From Bacilli bacterium (GTDB lineage Bacteria > Bacillota_I > Bacilli_A > RF39 > UBA660): a stretch of 62,620 bases of DNA. Below, one piece after another: positions 37,752-47,932 of this stretch (positions within the stretch are counted from its first letter, which is position 1; the number at the start of each line of letters is the position of its first letter). Location: NCBI GenBank assembly GCA_022791775.1, contig JAAVZT010000013.1, forward strand, positions 1-62,620. The letters are read 5' to 3'. The notes under the pieces were generated by a model, which did no database searches, had not been told where the DNA came from, and worked only from the letters and a program-made list of their open reading frames with translations. A program made the position numbers and the translations under genes.

Positions 37752-39716
37752 TTAAAATGTTACAAATTGTTTAGTATTATAAATAGTTCCATCGATTTCA
37801 ATATATATAGCGTAAGTTCCCTTTAAATTATCTTGATTAATATATTTCGTAATATCTAAGCCTTTTTCGGTTTCTTCTTCGGTAAAGATGTCTACACATA
37901 AAGCTGTGTAAGGTTTTTTGCTAATTATGACTTCGTAATAATTTGAAATTAAATTTTTATATAAGATAACATTTACCTTGTTTTCTCTTTTAAATTTTCC
38001 TTTGATCACAAGGCGATCAATTTCTTTATTTATCGAAATATTATGGTTATTATAATTTTCGTTGATTGAAACTGAATTTACGAGAGGAGTAAATTTTTGG
38101 GCGCTAATTTCTGTTTTTCCAAGATTTCCAACTTTTTTGGCATTTCCTAGTTGGAAGGTTTCATTTTTTTGGTATAAACTCATTTTCTCAACTCGATAAT
38201 TATTGGTTGGAAGTTTCATTTCAAAGATGATTTTATTATCCATTAATTCAACTGTATCAGAAACTAATTTGGTATTTTTACTAAATCCAGCAGGTTGATT
38301 TGAGTTTGTTCCGTTTACATATACGATTCCACCCGAATGGACGATATAGTGATTTTTTCCTAAGTAATCAACGTCCGAAATATAAGGAGAGTAAAATTCG
38401 CTGCCACGTTCTTTTCCGTATTGCCAAATTTGTTCAATGGTCATATTTTCTGTATTTATCTTATACATTACACCACGGGTATAACTTTTTTGGGCATCTA
38501 CATATTCTTCTTTAATTTTTGATTTATTGTTTCCATTATCTAAAAGAAAGACATAACCTTCAGGAGTAATCATGGCAGCATGTTGACTCCATTGCCATTC
38601 AAAATTATTATGAATGGGCTTAAAAAAGTATTTTTGATATTCTTCACTCCAATTGGTGCTATCTCCGATGATCCAGTTTAAAGATCCGTTTTCGTAATCT
38701 ATGTTGATTACGGCATCTTGATGTCGTCCCGATAAAGTAATAGAATTTGTCTTTTGGTCATACCAAACCGAGTTGTTGTGAAACCAATCGTAATTAGACC
38801 AATTTTCACTTTTTCCATCTTCCATCTTTAAAATGTTTTTTAAATCAAATGTCTTAATGATTTTTCCTGTTTCATGATCTATTTCGACGATATAGTCTTC
38901 AACTGTTCCATTTTCATTTCCAAAATCATCGCTCGCAATTAAGAGATTTCCATTATCCATTTCGTAGTAGTCATGGTGATATCCTCCTGGTAAACTATAT
39001 TCTTTATAAATCTTGCCTAATAAATCCATTTCATATAATCCTGTCATATAATAAGGACTATTCATTAATCTTTCGGTACTCACTAATAAGTGACCATTTT
39101 TTAAACGATCGATTTTCCATAATGCATAATTTGTAAGATACCAACGAACATCCCCATTTACATCATAAGCACAAGTGTAGCCAATACTAGATGGAGTGAA
39201 AAAATAAAGGTCATTGGTTAATTTGCTTTTTTCTTTTTTTATTTCGGTTGGTAGAATCATATTATCTGGTAATTTATCTGTTTGGATTTGGATCGTATTT
39301 TTCTTTTTTTGACCATTTTCTTCATATTCAATCAGAACTTGATTTTCTTGGTTGGCATAAAGACCATAAATGGGTAAGTAATGTTCTTTCTTTTTTTCAA
39401 AGGTATGTTTAAATGTACTTAATTCATCTTTTCCTTTAATCGTTACAGTTGGACTGACTTCATTATTTGTTTGAAAGAGAATAAGAGCTGTAAGGGGAGA
39501 GTTTCCATAGGGATTTAAAATGACGTTTGGATGTTCCAATGTAAATCCATTTATTTGAAATTCGTTCTCTTTTTTACTTTGAATTTCTGCCATACTGGTT
39601 GTGACATTTACTTCGGATTGATTTTGATTTTGATGATCTAGCAACCAGCTAATGATTATAATAAAAAATAAAGAGCTTATTAAGATCATATAAATTTTTT
39701 TGTGTTTTTCATTCAT
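37752..39716 (-). CDS. Aryl-sulfate sulfotransferase (ASST family)
   Basis: NPYGNSPLTA, D.NGDVRWY, HHD, DWFHNNS, SGRHQD, QHAA, DNGN, YSPYISDV; N-terminal anchor. Confidence 0.88.
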   Translation of the reverse strand: MNEKHKKIYMILISSLFFIIIISWLLDHQNQNQSEVNVTTSMAEIQSKKENEFQINGFTLEHPNVILNPYGNSPLTALILFQTNNEVSPTVTIKGKDELSTFKHTFEKKKEHYLPIYGLYANQENQVLIEYEENGQKKKNTIQIQTDKLPDNMILPTEIKKEKSKLTNDLYFFTPSSIGYTCAYDVNGDVRWYLTNYALWKIDRLKNGHLLVSTERLMNSPYYMTGLYEMDLLGKIYKEYSLPGGYHHDYYEMDNGNLLIASDDFGNENGTVEDYIVEIDHETGKIIKTFDLKNILKMEDGKSENWSNYDWFHNNSVWYDQKTNSITLSGRHQDAVINIDYENGSLNWIIGDSTNWSEEYQKYFFKPIHNNFEWQWSQHAAMITPEGYVFLLDNGNNKSKIKEEYVDAQKSYTRGVMYKINTENMTIEQIWQYGKERGSEFYSPYISDVDYLGKNHYIVHSGGIVYVNGTNSNQPAGFSKNTKLVSDTVELMDNKIIFEMKLPTNNYRVEKMSLYQKNETFQLGNAKKVGNLGKTEISAQKFTPLVNSVSINENYNNHNISINKEIDRLVIKGKFKRENKVNVILYKNLISNYYEVIISKKPYTALCVDIFTEEETEKGLDITKYINQDNLKGTYAIYIEIDGTIYNTKQFVTF

Positions 39717-39813
39717 AATATTACCTCATTTCTTTTTTAATTTTATCTAAAAAAAATCATTTCGCCAATCAATTTTGAGTTGAAATAAATTCAACTTGAA
39801 ATTGAGTTTTATT

Positions 39814-40506
39814 TTAGGGGCAATTTTCGGTGAATTGAAGCGGGATTTTGTAAGTAGTTGTTTGTTTATTTTGATCTTCTGCCTTAATTTCTAAATAAAG
39901 ACTATTTTCTTTATATGTTTTACAAGTTTTTTCAAAATTGTCGATAACGAAATTAACTTCTTTTAAAAAGTTTTTTAAAGTTACGGCTTCTTGTTTTTCA
40001 TATCGATATTTATTAATTTCTGTTTGAATGTTTTCGTTAGCTTCAAATAAGGTACATTCAATTGATTGATATTTTTGTTGATCTTGTTCATTGCAATAAG
40101 TAATTTCTGAAATATAAATGGCGGATTTTTTTTGACTATAAGCTATGCTTCCTACAATATTAAAATTGGAACAATTGGTTGATAATGTTTTAAATTCAAA
40201 AGCTTCTTGTTGTGGTTTCCAAAAAAGCCAAATAATTCCTCCTAATAAAAGAAGCGTGAAAAGAAAAATTTTCAAATTTTTTTGCCATTTATTTTTATGC
40301 TCTACACCATCTAATAATTCATTTAAATTTATTTGATAATCTTGGCATATTTGTTTTAATATTGCGATATCAGGTATATTTTTACCATTTTCCCATTTGC
40401 TAACCGCTTGAAAGGTAACACCATATTTTTCGGCAAATTTTTGTTGACTGATTTTTTCTTTTAAGCGAAGCTCTTTGATTCTTTTTCCAATTTTTTCTTG
40501 ATTCAA
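39814..40506 (-). CDS. Membrane-anchored XRE regulator with extracellular domain
   Basis: IGKRIKELR...SQQKFAE..GVTFQAVSKWENGKNIPD, a TM helix and a C-terminal domain; TTG start. Confidence 0.82.
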   Translation of the reverse strand: MNQEKIGKRIKELRLKEKISQQKFAEKYGVTFQAVSKWENGKNIPDIAILKQICQDYQINLNELLDGVEHKNKWQKNLKIFLFTLLLLGGIIWLFWKPQQEAFEFKTLSTNCSNFNIVGSIAYSQKKSAIYISEITYCNEQDQQKYQSIECTLFEANENIQTEINKYRYEKQEAVTLKNFLKEVNFVIDNFEKTCKTYKENSLYLEIKAEDQNKQTTTYKIPLQFTENCP

Positions 40507-40609
40507 GAGGAGTCATCCTTTCTTTTTTTAATTATAACATTTTTATAAATTTATGGGGATGAAACTCTAAAATAGAACTGTGTTCCGAATAGATTTCTAT
40601 AAAAACTGC

Positions 40610-40638
40610 TTGCACTTTGATTTTTTCTTTGATATAAT
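40610..40638 (+). promoter_or_regulatory. SigmaA promoter of tRNA-Met
   Basis: TTGCAC-N17-TATAAT with extended TG. Confidence 0.7.
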
Positions 40639-40652
40639 TTGTTTGGTTTTAT

Positions 40653-40729
40653 GGCGAGATAGCTCAGCTGGCTAGAGCGATCGGTTCATACCCGATAGGT
40701 CGGGGGTTCGATCCCCTCTCTCGCTACCA
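40653..40729 (+). tRNA. tRNA-Met(CAT), elongator type
   Basis: GGCGAGA/TCTCGCT acceptor, ATCGG-TT CAT AC-CCGAT arm, encoded ACCA; lacks the initiator 3 G-C pairs and C1 mismatch. Confidence 0.92.
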
Positions 40730-40884
40730 TTAGAAAATTACTAGAATACTAGTTTTGATAGGAATATATTCATATATTCCTATCTTTTTTGTAAGAAATT
40801 CTATATTCTTTTAAAATCATTTTGATAAAAATATGCTAAGATTTTAATTAGATGTTTATTTTTTGAAACAAGGAAGTTTAGTGT

Positions 40885-41631
40885 ATGAATAAAAAAAAGA
40901 ATTTTTGGAATCCTTGGCACGGATGTCACAAGTGTAGTCCAGGATGTTTACATTGTTATGTTTATTATTTGGATCAAATTCGAAATATAGATGCTGGTAT
41001 TATTTTAAAATCTAAAACGAATTTTAATTTGCCATTGAAAAAAAATCGACAAGGTGAATATAAAATTCCTTCTAATACTATTTTAGCAACTTGTTTTACA
41101 TCAGATTTCTTTTTAGAAGAGGCTGATTTATGGCGTCCCGAGATTTTTCGAATCATGAAAGAAAGAGTCGATGTAACATTTTTAATTCCAACGAAGCGTA
41201 TTGAACGTTTTTTGGAATGTATACCAGAAGATTGGGGAATGGGTTATGATAATGTTATAATTGCTGTAACGTGTGAAAATCAAAAGAAAGCGGATGAAAG
41301 GTTACCTATATTTTTGGCGTTGCCTATTAAACATCGTCAGGTCTTTGTTGCTCCTATATTAGAATATGTTGAATTAGCTCCTTATTTAAAGACGGGACTG
41401 ATTGAGCTTGTTTCAGTTGGGGGAGAATCTTATGAAAATGCTCGAGTGTGTGATTTTTCCTGGGTGAAAAAAATGAAAGAAACTTGTGATTTTTATCATG
41501 TTTTGTTTGATTTTCACCAAACGGGTTCTAATTTTGTGTTTGAAGGGAAACGCTATTTTATTTCGCACCATAAAGAGTATATCAAAGCGAAAAAAGCTAT
41601 GATTTATTTACAAAGTCAAAAAAAGGTATAA
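40885..41631 (+). CDS. DUF5131 (Gp37/Gp68-like, radical-SAM-like) protein
   Basis: WNPWHGCHKCSPGCLHCY, TSDFF, TKR..R, ENQ...DERLP, VGGES. Confidence 0.82.
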   Translation: MNKKKNFWNPWHGCHKCSPGCLHCYVYYLDQIRNIDAGIILKSKTNFNLPLKKNRQGEYKIPSNTILATCFTSDFFLEEADLWRPEIFRIMKERVDVTFLIPTKRIERFLECIPEDWGMGYDNVIIAVTCENQKKADERLPIFLALPIKHRQVFVAPILEYVELAPYLKTGLIELVSVGGESYENARVCDFSWVKKMKETCDFYHVLFDFHQTGSNFVFEGKRYFISHHKEYIKAKKAMIYLQSQKKV

Positions 41632-41670
41632 GATTTTCTAAAATCCTTATATTAAAAATGGGTGAGTTAG

Positions 41671-43149
41671 ATGAGTCTTTGGGAATCATATCAAACAAAA
41701 CAACAGTTTCCTTCTTTGCAAAAGCATGTAAGTGTCAATACGTTAATTATTGGAGGAGGAATGACTGGACTAAACCTGTTATATTTTTTAAAAAATCAAT
41801 TGGATGTTTGTTTAGTAGAAGCGAATACAATTGGGGCAGGGGTTAGTAAAAATACAACTGGTAAAATTAATTATCTTCAAGAGAATACTTGGCTTCCATA
41901 TTTAAAAAAAGGAAAAGAGGATCTTGCCTCTTGTTATTTGGATTCTCAAATACATGGAATGAATTTACTATTAAATATTTGTCAAACAGAAAAAATTGAT
42001 TGTAATCTTGAGCAAGTTACTTCTTATTTGGTAACCCAAAAACTAGAATATCAAGCTGATTTAGATTTGCTGCAAACATTTTTGCAGAAGAAAAATATTT
42101 CTTTTGTTCGAGATGTATCTTTATTTCCTTCATTTTTAGATGGTATTGGTGTTACCGATACTTATGTGTTTCATCCATTAAAATATTTGTTAGGATTAGC
42201 TCAGAAATTAAAGCGGTCGCAAATTTATGAAAAAACTAAAATTGTGAAAATTATAAAAGGTGTAAATTGTTATTTTTGCCATACAGACGCGAATTATTGT
42301 ATTAAAGCTAAACAAGTTGTATTAGCTTGTCATTATCCATTTTTCTTATTTCCTTTTCTTTTGCCAATGAAAACACAGGTTCAAAAATCTTATCTTGTTG
42401 CCCAAAAGGTTTTTGATAATCCAAAATATACTTATATTACTTTAGAAAGTCCTAGTTTATCGACTCGCTTTTATCAAGAACAAGATGAAATTTATCAAAT
42501 TTATTTGGGAGAATCCCATGATATTTATCATAAACAAGACGATGTGACTCATTTTGAAAATGTATTAAAACAATTTGATATTGAACCTAATTCGGTGGAA
42601 TCTGTTTGGAGTAATGTGGATTTGATGACGTTGGATCATCGTGCGTTTGTTGGAGAAATTGCTCCAAGTTTATTTTTAGCTACTGGTTATCAAACTTGGG
42701 GCATGATCCAAAGTGTTTTGAGTGCAGAAATACTTGCTCATTTGTTGCAAGGTGAGGCGGATCAATATGCGTGGTTATTTTATCCAAAGCGTAAAAATGT
42801 AGAAACTTTGTTTCAATATCCTCTTTCTTTTTATCAAAATGTAACGTCATTTCTGAAAAGTAAATTTTATCCTAAATCATGGTATACTGATGCTCTTTCT
42901 TTTACTTTTCAAAATGGTAAAATTATAGCGATTTATCGAGATGAACAAGGAATTCATAAAGTACATCCCGTTTGTCCACATATGAAGTGTAGTTTAATAT
43001 TTAATGAAATCGAAAAAACATGGGATTGCCCATGTCATAGTTCTCGTTTTGATGTAGATGGAAATTGGTTAAAAGGTCCTGCTAAAAAAAATATTGGTTT
43101 ACAAGACACTCCAAAGAACACTTCCATAGTAAATAAGAAAAAGTATTAG
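41671..43149 (+). CDS. FAD-dependent oxidoreductase with Rieske domain (YhfW-like)
   Basis: IIGGGMTG, GVSKNTTGK, ATGYQTWG; CPHMKC...WDCPCHSSRF Rieske motif. Confidence 0.85.
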   Translation: MSLWESYQTKQQFPSLQKHVSVNTLIIGGGMTGLNLLYFLKNQLDVCLVEANTIGAGVSKNTTGKINYLQENTWLPYLKKGKEDLASCYLDSQIHGMNLLLNICQTEKIDCNLEQVTSYLVTQKLEYQADLDLLQTFLQKKNISFVRDVSLFPSFLDGIGVTDTYVFHPLKYLLGLAQKLKRSQIYEKTKIVKIIKGVNCYFCHTDANYCIKAKQVVLACHYPFFLFPFLLPMKTQVQKSYLVAQKVFDNPKYTYITLESPSLSTRFYQEQDEIYQIYLGESHDIYHKQDDVTHFENVLKQFDIEPNSVESVWSNVDLMTLDHRAFVGEIAPSLFLATGYQTWGMIQSVLSAEILAHLLQGEADQYAWLFYPKRKNVETLFQYPLSFYQNVTSFLKSKFYPKSWYTDALSFTFQNGKIIAIYRDEQGIHKVHPVCPHMKCSLIFNEIEKTWDCPCHSSRFDVDGNWLKGPAKKNIGLQDTPKNTSIVNKKKY

Positions 43150-44055
43150 AAATATAATTCCACTAATTCGAGTGATGGTCTGTTTTTTTAAACTAAAAAG
43201 AAAAAGTAAAATGGGTGATAATAAAAATATCGCTAAATCCATATTACGAAGTGATATTTGATTGATACTTCCAAACATTATAATAGGTAATCCAAGAACA
43301 ATTCCAATGTTAAAAATATTACTTCCTACCACATTTCCAATGGCGATATCATATTCGCCTTTTTTTGTGGCAATTACGCTGGTTACTAATTCTGGGAGAC
43401 TGGTTCCTAAAGCTACAATTGTTAAGGCAATAATTCGCTCTGATACTCCTAGAATACTTGCAACTTTGGAAGCGCTTTCAACCACTAAATTACTTCCGAT
43501 TATTAAACTTAAAATGCCTAGTAAGGTTAGTAAACAAGAAAGTAAAATATTGTATTTAGGAACTTCGCTTTGGGTCTCTTTTTTATTGCGCATGATAGTA
43601 AATAAATAATAGATAAAAATGCCAAAGAATAACAGAATGGTTAGGCCATCTCCTCTTGAGAGATTATTTTCATTTATGGTACTAAAGAGCGTGTCATTCA
43701 TTATTATAAATAAAAGAGTACTAATCATAATGGTAATTGGTAATTCTTTTTTTATGGTATTGTTTTTAACGTTTAATGGGTGGATACAACTGGATATTCC
43801 TAAAATTAATAAAATATTTAAAATATTGCTTCCGATGACATTTCCTAAAATCATATCGTTTTGGTTTGCTAGTAAAGATTTTATAGATACTGCAAATTCA
43901 GGAGCACTAGTTCCAAACGAAACAATGGTTAGAGCAATCATCATTTTGGATACATTAAAATTTTCAGCGAGGGAAGAAGCTGCTTCTACAAATAAATCAG
44001 CTCCTTTTACTAAAATAATGAATCCGATAATTAAAAGGATAATTTGAATAAACAT
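43099..44055 (-). CDS. Ca2+/Na+ antiporter (YrbG family)
   Basis: Two alpha repeats GTSAPE/GTSLPE and GNVIGSN/GNVVGSN; likely ATG at 44055. Confidence 0.9.
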   Translation of the reverse strand: MFIQIILLIIGFIILVKGADLFVEAASSLAENFNVSKMMIALTIVSFGTSAPEFAVSIKSLLANQNDMILGNVIGSNILNILLILGISSCIHPLNVKNNTIKKELPITIMISTLLFIIMNDTLFSTINENNLSRGDGLTILLFFGIFIYYLFTIMRNKKETQSEVPKYNILLSCLLTLLGILSLIIGSNLVVESASKVASILGVSERIIALTIVALGTSLPELVTSVIATKKGEYDIAIGNVVGSNIFNIGIVLGLPIIMFGSINQISLRNMDLAIFLLSPILLFLFSLKKQTITRISGIIFLILFLIYYGSVLWSVL

Positions 44056-44180
44056 AACATAACCTCTTTTCAATTTTTTCATTATAGTCATCTTTTTTCT
44101 TTTTGGCAATCTTTTCTTCTTAATTCTTGTTGCAAATCAAATTTATTCTGTGTAAAATTAAGTTATTGGAAGTGACTATT

Positions 44181-44906
44181 ATGGATAAGGATAAAAAAAT
44201 TTTATTATGGATTATTGGAAGTTTGATTCTTTTTGCTCTTATTTTAGGAGGGTTAGCTTATTTTAGTCCTCAAGAGCGTTCTTTTTTACTTAACGATGCG
44301 CAAAAATTTAAACAAGAATATGAAGCTTTAAATCATCAAATCAATGAAAGTAATAAAATGAATTATCCGCTTGTAGCAATTAAAGAAGAAAATCCTATTG
44401 TATATAAAACGGATGATGAAGTAGCAGAATTTTTAGAAGATGGAACCGGGATTCTTTATTTTGGTTTTTCGTCCTGTCCTTGGTGTCGAACAATGGTTCC
44501 TTATTTGTTACAAGCAGCAGATAATACTAATTTAGGAGAAATTATATATGTTGATATTAAAAATATTCGAACCGAGTTTACGCTAGATGAAAATGATACT
44601 GTGATTGTTACAAAAGAGGGGACAAATGGATATCATGGAATATTGAAAAAATTGGATTCGGTTTTAGAACCTTATTATTTAACAAATAAGAAAAATAAAA
44701 AAATAGATACTTTTGAAAAAAGGTTATTTGCTCCTACTGTTATTGCATTAAAAAAAGGAAAAGTGGTTGATATTCATGTGGATACAGTGGATACACAAAA
44801 AAGTGGTTATACAGAATTAACGAAAGAAGAAAGCGAAAAGTTAGTTCAAATTTATCAAAAAATGATGTTAAAGTTAATTGATAGTACTTGTGATGAATCC
44901 TGCTAA
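44181..44906 (+). CDS. Membrane-anchored thioredoxin-fold protein
   Basis: YFGFSSCPWC, cis-Pro APT; N-terminal TM; ATG at 44181. Confidence 0.75.
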   Translation: MDKDKKILLWIIGSLILFALILGGLAYFSPQERSFLLNDAQKFKQEYEALNHQINESNKMNYPLVAIKEENPIVYKTDDEVAEFLEDGTGILYFGFSSCPWCRTMVPYLLQAADNTNLGEIIYVDIKNIRTEFTLDENDTVIVTKEGTNGYHGILKKLDSVLEPYYLTNKKNKKIDTFEKRLFAPTVIALKKGKVVDIHVDTVDTQKSGYTELTKEESEKLVQIYQKMMLKLIDSTCDESC

Positions 44907-44931
44907 AATAAACATAAAGAGGTGAAACTCT

Positions 44932-46212
44932 ATGAAAATGATTACTTTATTGCCAGCTGATAAATATTTGGTTGTAAATAAAACAATTTTAACTGAAGTA
45001 GATCGAAAAAATATAGTGAGTCTTTATGAACCGATTATTGGAAGTACCGCAGTTAGTTTATATTTAACTCTTTGGAGAGATTTAGATCGTTTAGAGTTTG
45101 TTAGTATGGATTATACACATCATCATTTAATGACTTTATTAAAATCTAGTTTAGAAACAATTAAATTAGCTCGTGAAACTTTGGAAGCTGTTGGTCTTTT
45201 AAGAACTTATTGGAAGGAAGGTGAGATGAATAGTTATATTTATGAACTTTATTCACCATTGACTGCGAAAGAATTTTTTTCTCATCCAATTTTAAATGTT
45301 GTATTATTTAATAATATTGGTAAGTATGAGTATGATTTATTAAAAAAAGAATATGGAACGATTAAAATTGATACAAAGGAATATCAAGATATTTCCAAAA
45401 CATTGGATGCCGTTTTTAAAACGACTAGTGATATTGTGACATTTGATGTGGCGGGAAGAGAAGTTTTGCCTTTAAATATGCAAGATCAAATTGATTTTGA
45501 TTTGTTGTTGTCTAGTTTACCAAAAGGTCTTATTACGGAGCGAAATTTTGGAAAGCGCATGCGAGAGTTAATTAATAATTTAGCATTTTTGTATCAGTTA
45601 GATACTTTAAAAATGTGTGAAATTCTTCGAATGACAATTAATGAAAAAGGAAGTATTGATCGAGAAGAATTAAGAAAACAAACGCGAAAGTATTATCAAT
45701 TTCATCATCATGGAAAGTTACCGACTTTGGTATATCAAACGCAGCCTGATTATTTGAAACAACCACAAGGGGATCATAGTAAAAGAGGAAAAATTATTGA
45801 AGTGTTTGAAAATGTGAGCCCTTATGATTTTTTAAAAAATAAATATAAAGGAGTTACTCCGACGAATCGAGATTTAAAATTATTAGAAATGTTATTAATT
45901 GATTTAAATTTAAAACCAGCCGTTGTTAATGTGTTGATTGATTATACTTTGAAAAAGAATGCTAATAAATTATCGATGGCATTTGTGGAAACGGTTGCTG
46001 GTCATTGGAAACGTCAGGGCGTAGAAACTGCTGATGAAGCGATGCAATTAGCGGAAAAAGAAAATAAAAAATATCACAAAGAAAGTAAAAAGAGTGGAAA
46101 TAAAGGAGTTGTTTTGGAAGAACCAGTATGGTTTCATGATACGATTATGAAAGAAGAAATGTCCGTGGAAGAAAAGCAAGAAATGGATGATATTTTAAAA
46201 AAGTATCGTTAA
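44932..46212 (+). CDS. dnaB: Replication initiation/helicase-loader DnaB (Bacillus type)
   Basis: LYEPIIG..A.SLY, LEAVGLL.TY, Y.Y.L..PL....FF, VVNVLIDY, W....V.TA.EA; upstream of dnaI. Confidence 0.88.
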   Translation: MKMITLLPADKYLVVNKTILTEVDRKNIVSLYEPIIGSTAVSLYLTLWRDLDRLEFVSMDYTHHHLMTLLKSSLETIKLARETLEAVGLLRTYWKEGEMNSYIYELYSPLTAKEFFSHPILNVVLFNNIGKYEYDLLKKEYGTIKIDTKEYQDISKTLDAVFKTTSDIVTFDVAGREVLPLNMQDQIDFDLLLSSLPKGLITERNFGKRMRELINNLAFLYQLDTLKMCEILRMTINEKGSIDREELRKQTRKYYQFHHHGKLPTLVYQTQPDYLKQPQGDHSKRGKIIEVFENVSPYDFLKNKYKGVTPTNRDLKLLEMLLIDLNLKPAVVNVLIDYTLKKNANKLSMAFVETVAGHWKRQGVETADEAMQLAEKENKKYHKESKKSGNKGVVLEEPVWFHDTIMKEEMSVEEKQEMDDILKKYR

Positions 46213-46260
46213 AAATTATTTGTTTTTATTTTCCAAAAATATAATGAAAGAAGGAGTTTT

Positions 46261-47148
46261 ATGGTGACAATGGAAGAACAAGCTAAAATAATGTTATCTA
46301 AAGAGATGATTATTCAACATTTTGAAGAAGCCATGAAAGATCGTGAGTTTGCTCGTTTTGTAGAAACATTTCAATTAAATTCTCAAAAGGCTATGAAAGT
46401 TACTTCTAAATTATTAGATAGTTTTCAGGAAATGAAACATTGTAAAAATTGTTTGGGATTACATCAATGTCAGAATTCTTTTAAGGGGCATTTATCATTA
46501 CCGAAGCAAGAAGAACATCAAATTTTATTTGCCTTTGCTCCTTGTCGATTTCAAAAATCTTTTGTAAAGATGAAGCAAGAAAAACTGGCGCGTGCAAGTG
46601 AACTTGATATGGCTCGGATGAAAGATATTGATTTAACAGGGGATAAAAAAAGAATAGAAGTTATTAAATGGATTGATCAATTTTTTACAGAATATGATTT
46701 TTCAAAAGATATGAAGGGCTTATATTTACACGGAAGTTTTGGAAGCGGTAAAACATTTTTGATTCAAGCTTTATTTCATGAATTAAAAGAAGAGAAACAT
46801 GCAAAAATAGAAGTAGCTTATTTTCCTGAACTATTGCGGACTTTAAAAGATGATTGGGAAGTATATGCTCATAAAATGGATGTACTTCAAACAGTAGATT
46901 TATTACTGTTGGATGATATTGGGGCTGAAAAAGTTACTGAATGGGGCAGAGATGAAGTCCTAGGGACTATTTTACAGTTTCGAATGGATCATCATTTACC
47001 AACTTTTTTTACTTCGAATATGAATTTAAAAGAGTTAGAAAAACATTTGGCTGGTAATGTTGATATGGTAAAATCAAGACGAATTATCGAACGAATTAAA
47101 GAACTGGCTTATCCAATGGAATTAATTAGTGAGAATCGTCGTAAATAA
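46261..47148 (+). CDS. dnaI: Primosomal helicase loader DnaI
   Basis: Zn Cys cluster, KGLYLHGSFGSGKT, LLLDDIGAE, WGRDEVL..ILQFRM, TFFTSN, RIIERI. Confidence 0.93.
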   Translation: MVTMEEQAKIMLSKEMIIQHFEEAMKDREFARFVETFQLNSQKAMKVTSKLLDSFQEMKHCKNCLGLHQCQNSFKGHLSLPKQEEHQILFAFAPCRFQKSFVKMKQEKLARASELDMARMKDIDLTGDKKRIEVIKWIDQFFTEYDFSKDMKGLYLHGSFGSGKTFLIQALFHELKEEKHAKIEVAYFPELLRTLKDDWEVYAHKMDVLQTVDLLLLDDIGAEKVTEWGRDEVLGTILQFRMDHHLPTFFTSNMNLKELEKHLAGNVDMVKSRRIIERIKELAYPMELISENRRK

Positions 47149-47167
47149 TGCGGGTATGGAGGGTTTT

Positions 47168-47815
47168 ATGGAAATTTCAGATGTAACAAATTTAGCTTTG
47201 TTGGAGCAATACATTAAAGAACGTTCGTATTTAAGTCGAGAAGAAGATTTTATTTTGCAAAGACTTTCTTTGATTTTACAAGAGCGTGAGTTATTCTTTT
47301 TGATAAAGAATATAGAATATAGCTTAAATTTAGATCAGCTTTTGAACCGCTATCAACAGGTGATTGATGGAAAGTATTCGAAGCATCAGATTCCTCGTGT
47401 TATTCATTATCAAGATGGGAAAGTTTGGGCACTTGTTCAGAAACGGGTTGGAAAATGGGTTTATTTACTAGGAGAATTAGGAGATTACCAGGTTCTGCGG
47501 ATGCCTTTTGATGATTTTTACAAAGAAGGTCAAGATTATTTGGTTTTATATGATGATTCTTTTGTTAAAATAATTGTTTTTTTGTTAAAAATTCAAAAAG
47601 TTAGGAGAGAGGGTCTCACTATTTTTATGGAGGAAAATGGTTATTATGTTGATTCTTTCAATCAATTGGTCCCTTATGATTCTCCTTATTTATACCAATA
47701 CCAATTATTGCCTATCCAAGAAGAAAAATGTTCTAGTTTTGAAAGGCAAGCGTATTATCATAATCAAGAACAAATCTTACAGCGTAAATTAAATGGGAAA
47801 TATTTTAAAAGATAA
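47168..47815 (+). CDS. Hypothetical protein
   Basis: ATG at 47168 after GGAGGG; no recognisable motif. Confidence 0.6.
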   Translation: MEISDVTNLALLEQYIKERSYLSREEDFILQRLSLILQERELFFLIKNIEYSLNLDQLLNRYQQVIDGKYSKHQIPRVIHYQDGKVWALVQKRVGKWVYLLGELGDYQVLRMPFDDFYKEGQDYLVLYDDSFVKIIVFLLKIQKVRREGLTIFMEENGYYVDSFNQLVPYDSPYLYQYQLLPIQEEKCSSFERQAYYHNQEQILQRKLNGKYFKR

Positions 47816-47869
47816 TTTCTCTTTTTTTATATTTTTTTCTTTTTGGGGAATTCTATTAATAGAAGAATG

Positions 47870-47896
47870 TTAGCACTCTTTGTTGACAAGTGCTAA
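47870..47896 (+). promoter_or_regulatory. CIRCE (HrcA operator) overlapping the clpB -35
   Basis: TTAGCACTC-N9-AAGTGCTAA (one mismatch to consensus); TTGACA at 47883-47888. Confidence 0.88.
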
Positions 47897-47932
47897 ATGT
47901 TGTAGTAGAATTTTAGTGGAAAGGGTGATAGT

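Noticed and set aside
40653-40729. tRNA-CAT as initiator Met or Ile2
   Set aside because: It lacks initiator hallmarks and closely follows the Bacillus elongator tRNA-Met pattern (GGCG start, TTCATAC loop).
43262-44047. Antisense ORFs here and elsewhere (e.g. 2131, 4378, 7719, 10060, 21431, 26191, 30911, 47893, 50597, 60470)
   Set aside because: They are shadows of well-supported genes on the opposite strand, with no recognisable motifs.
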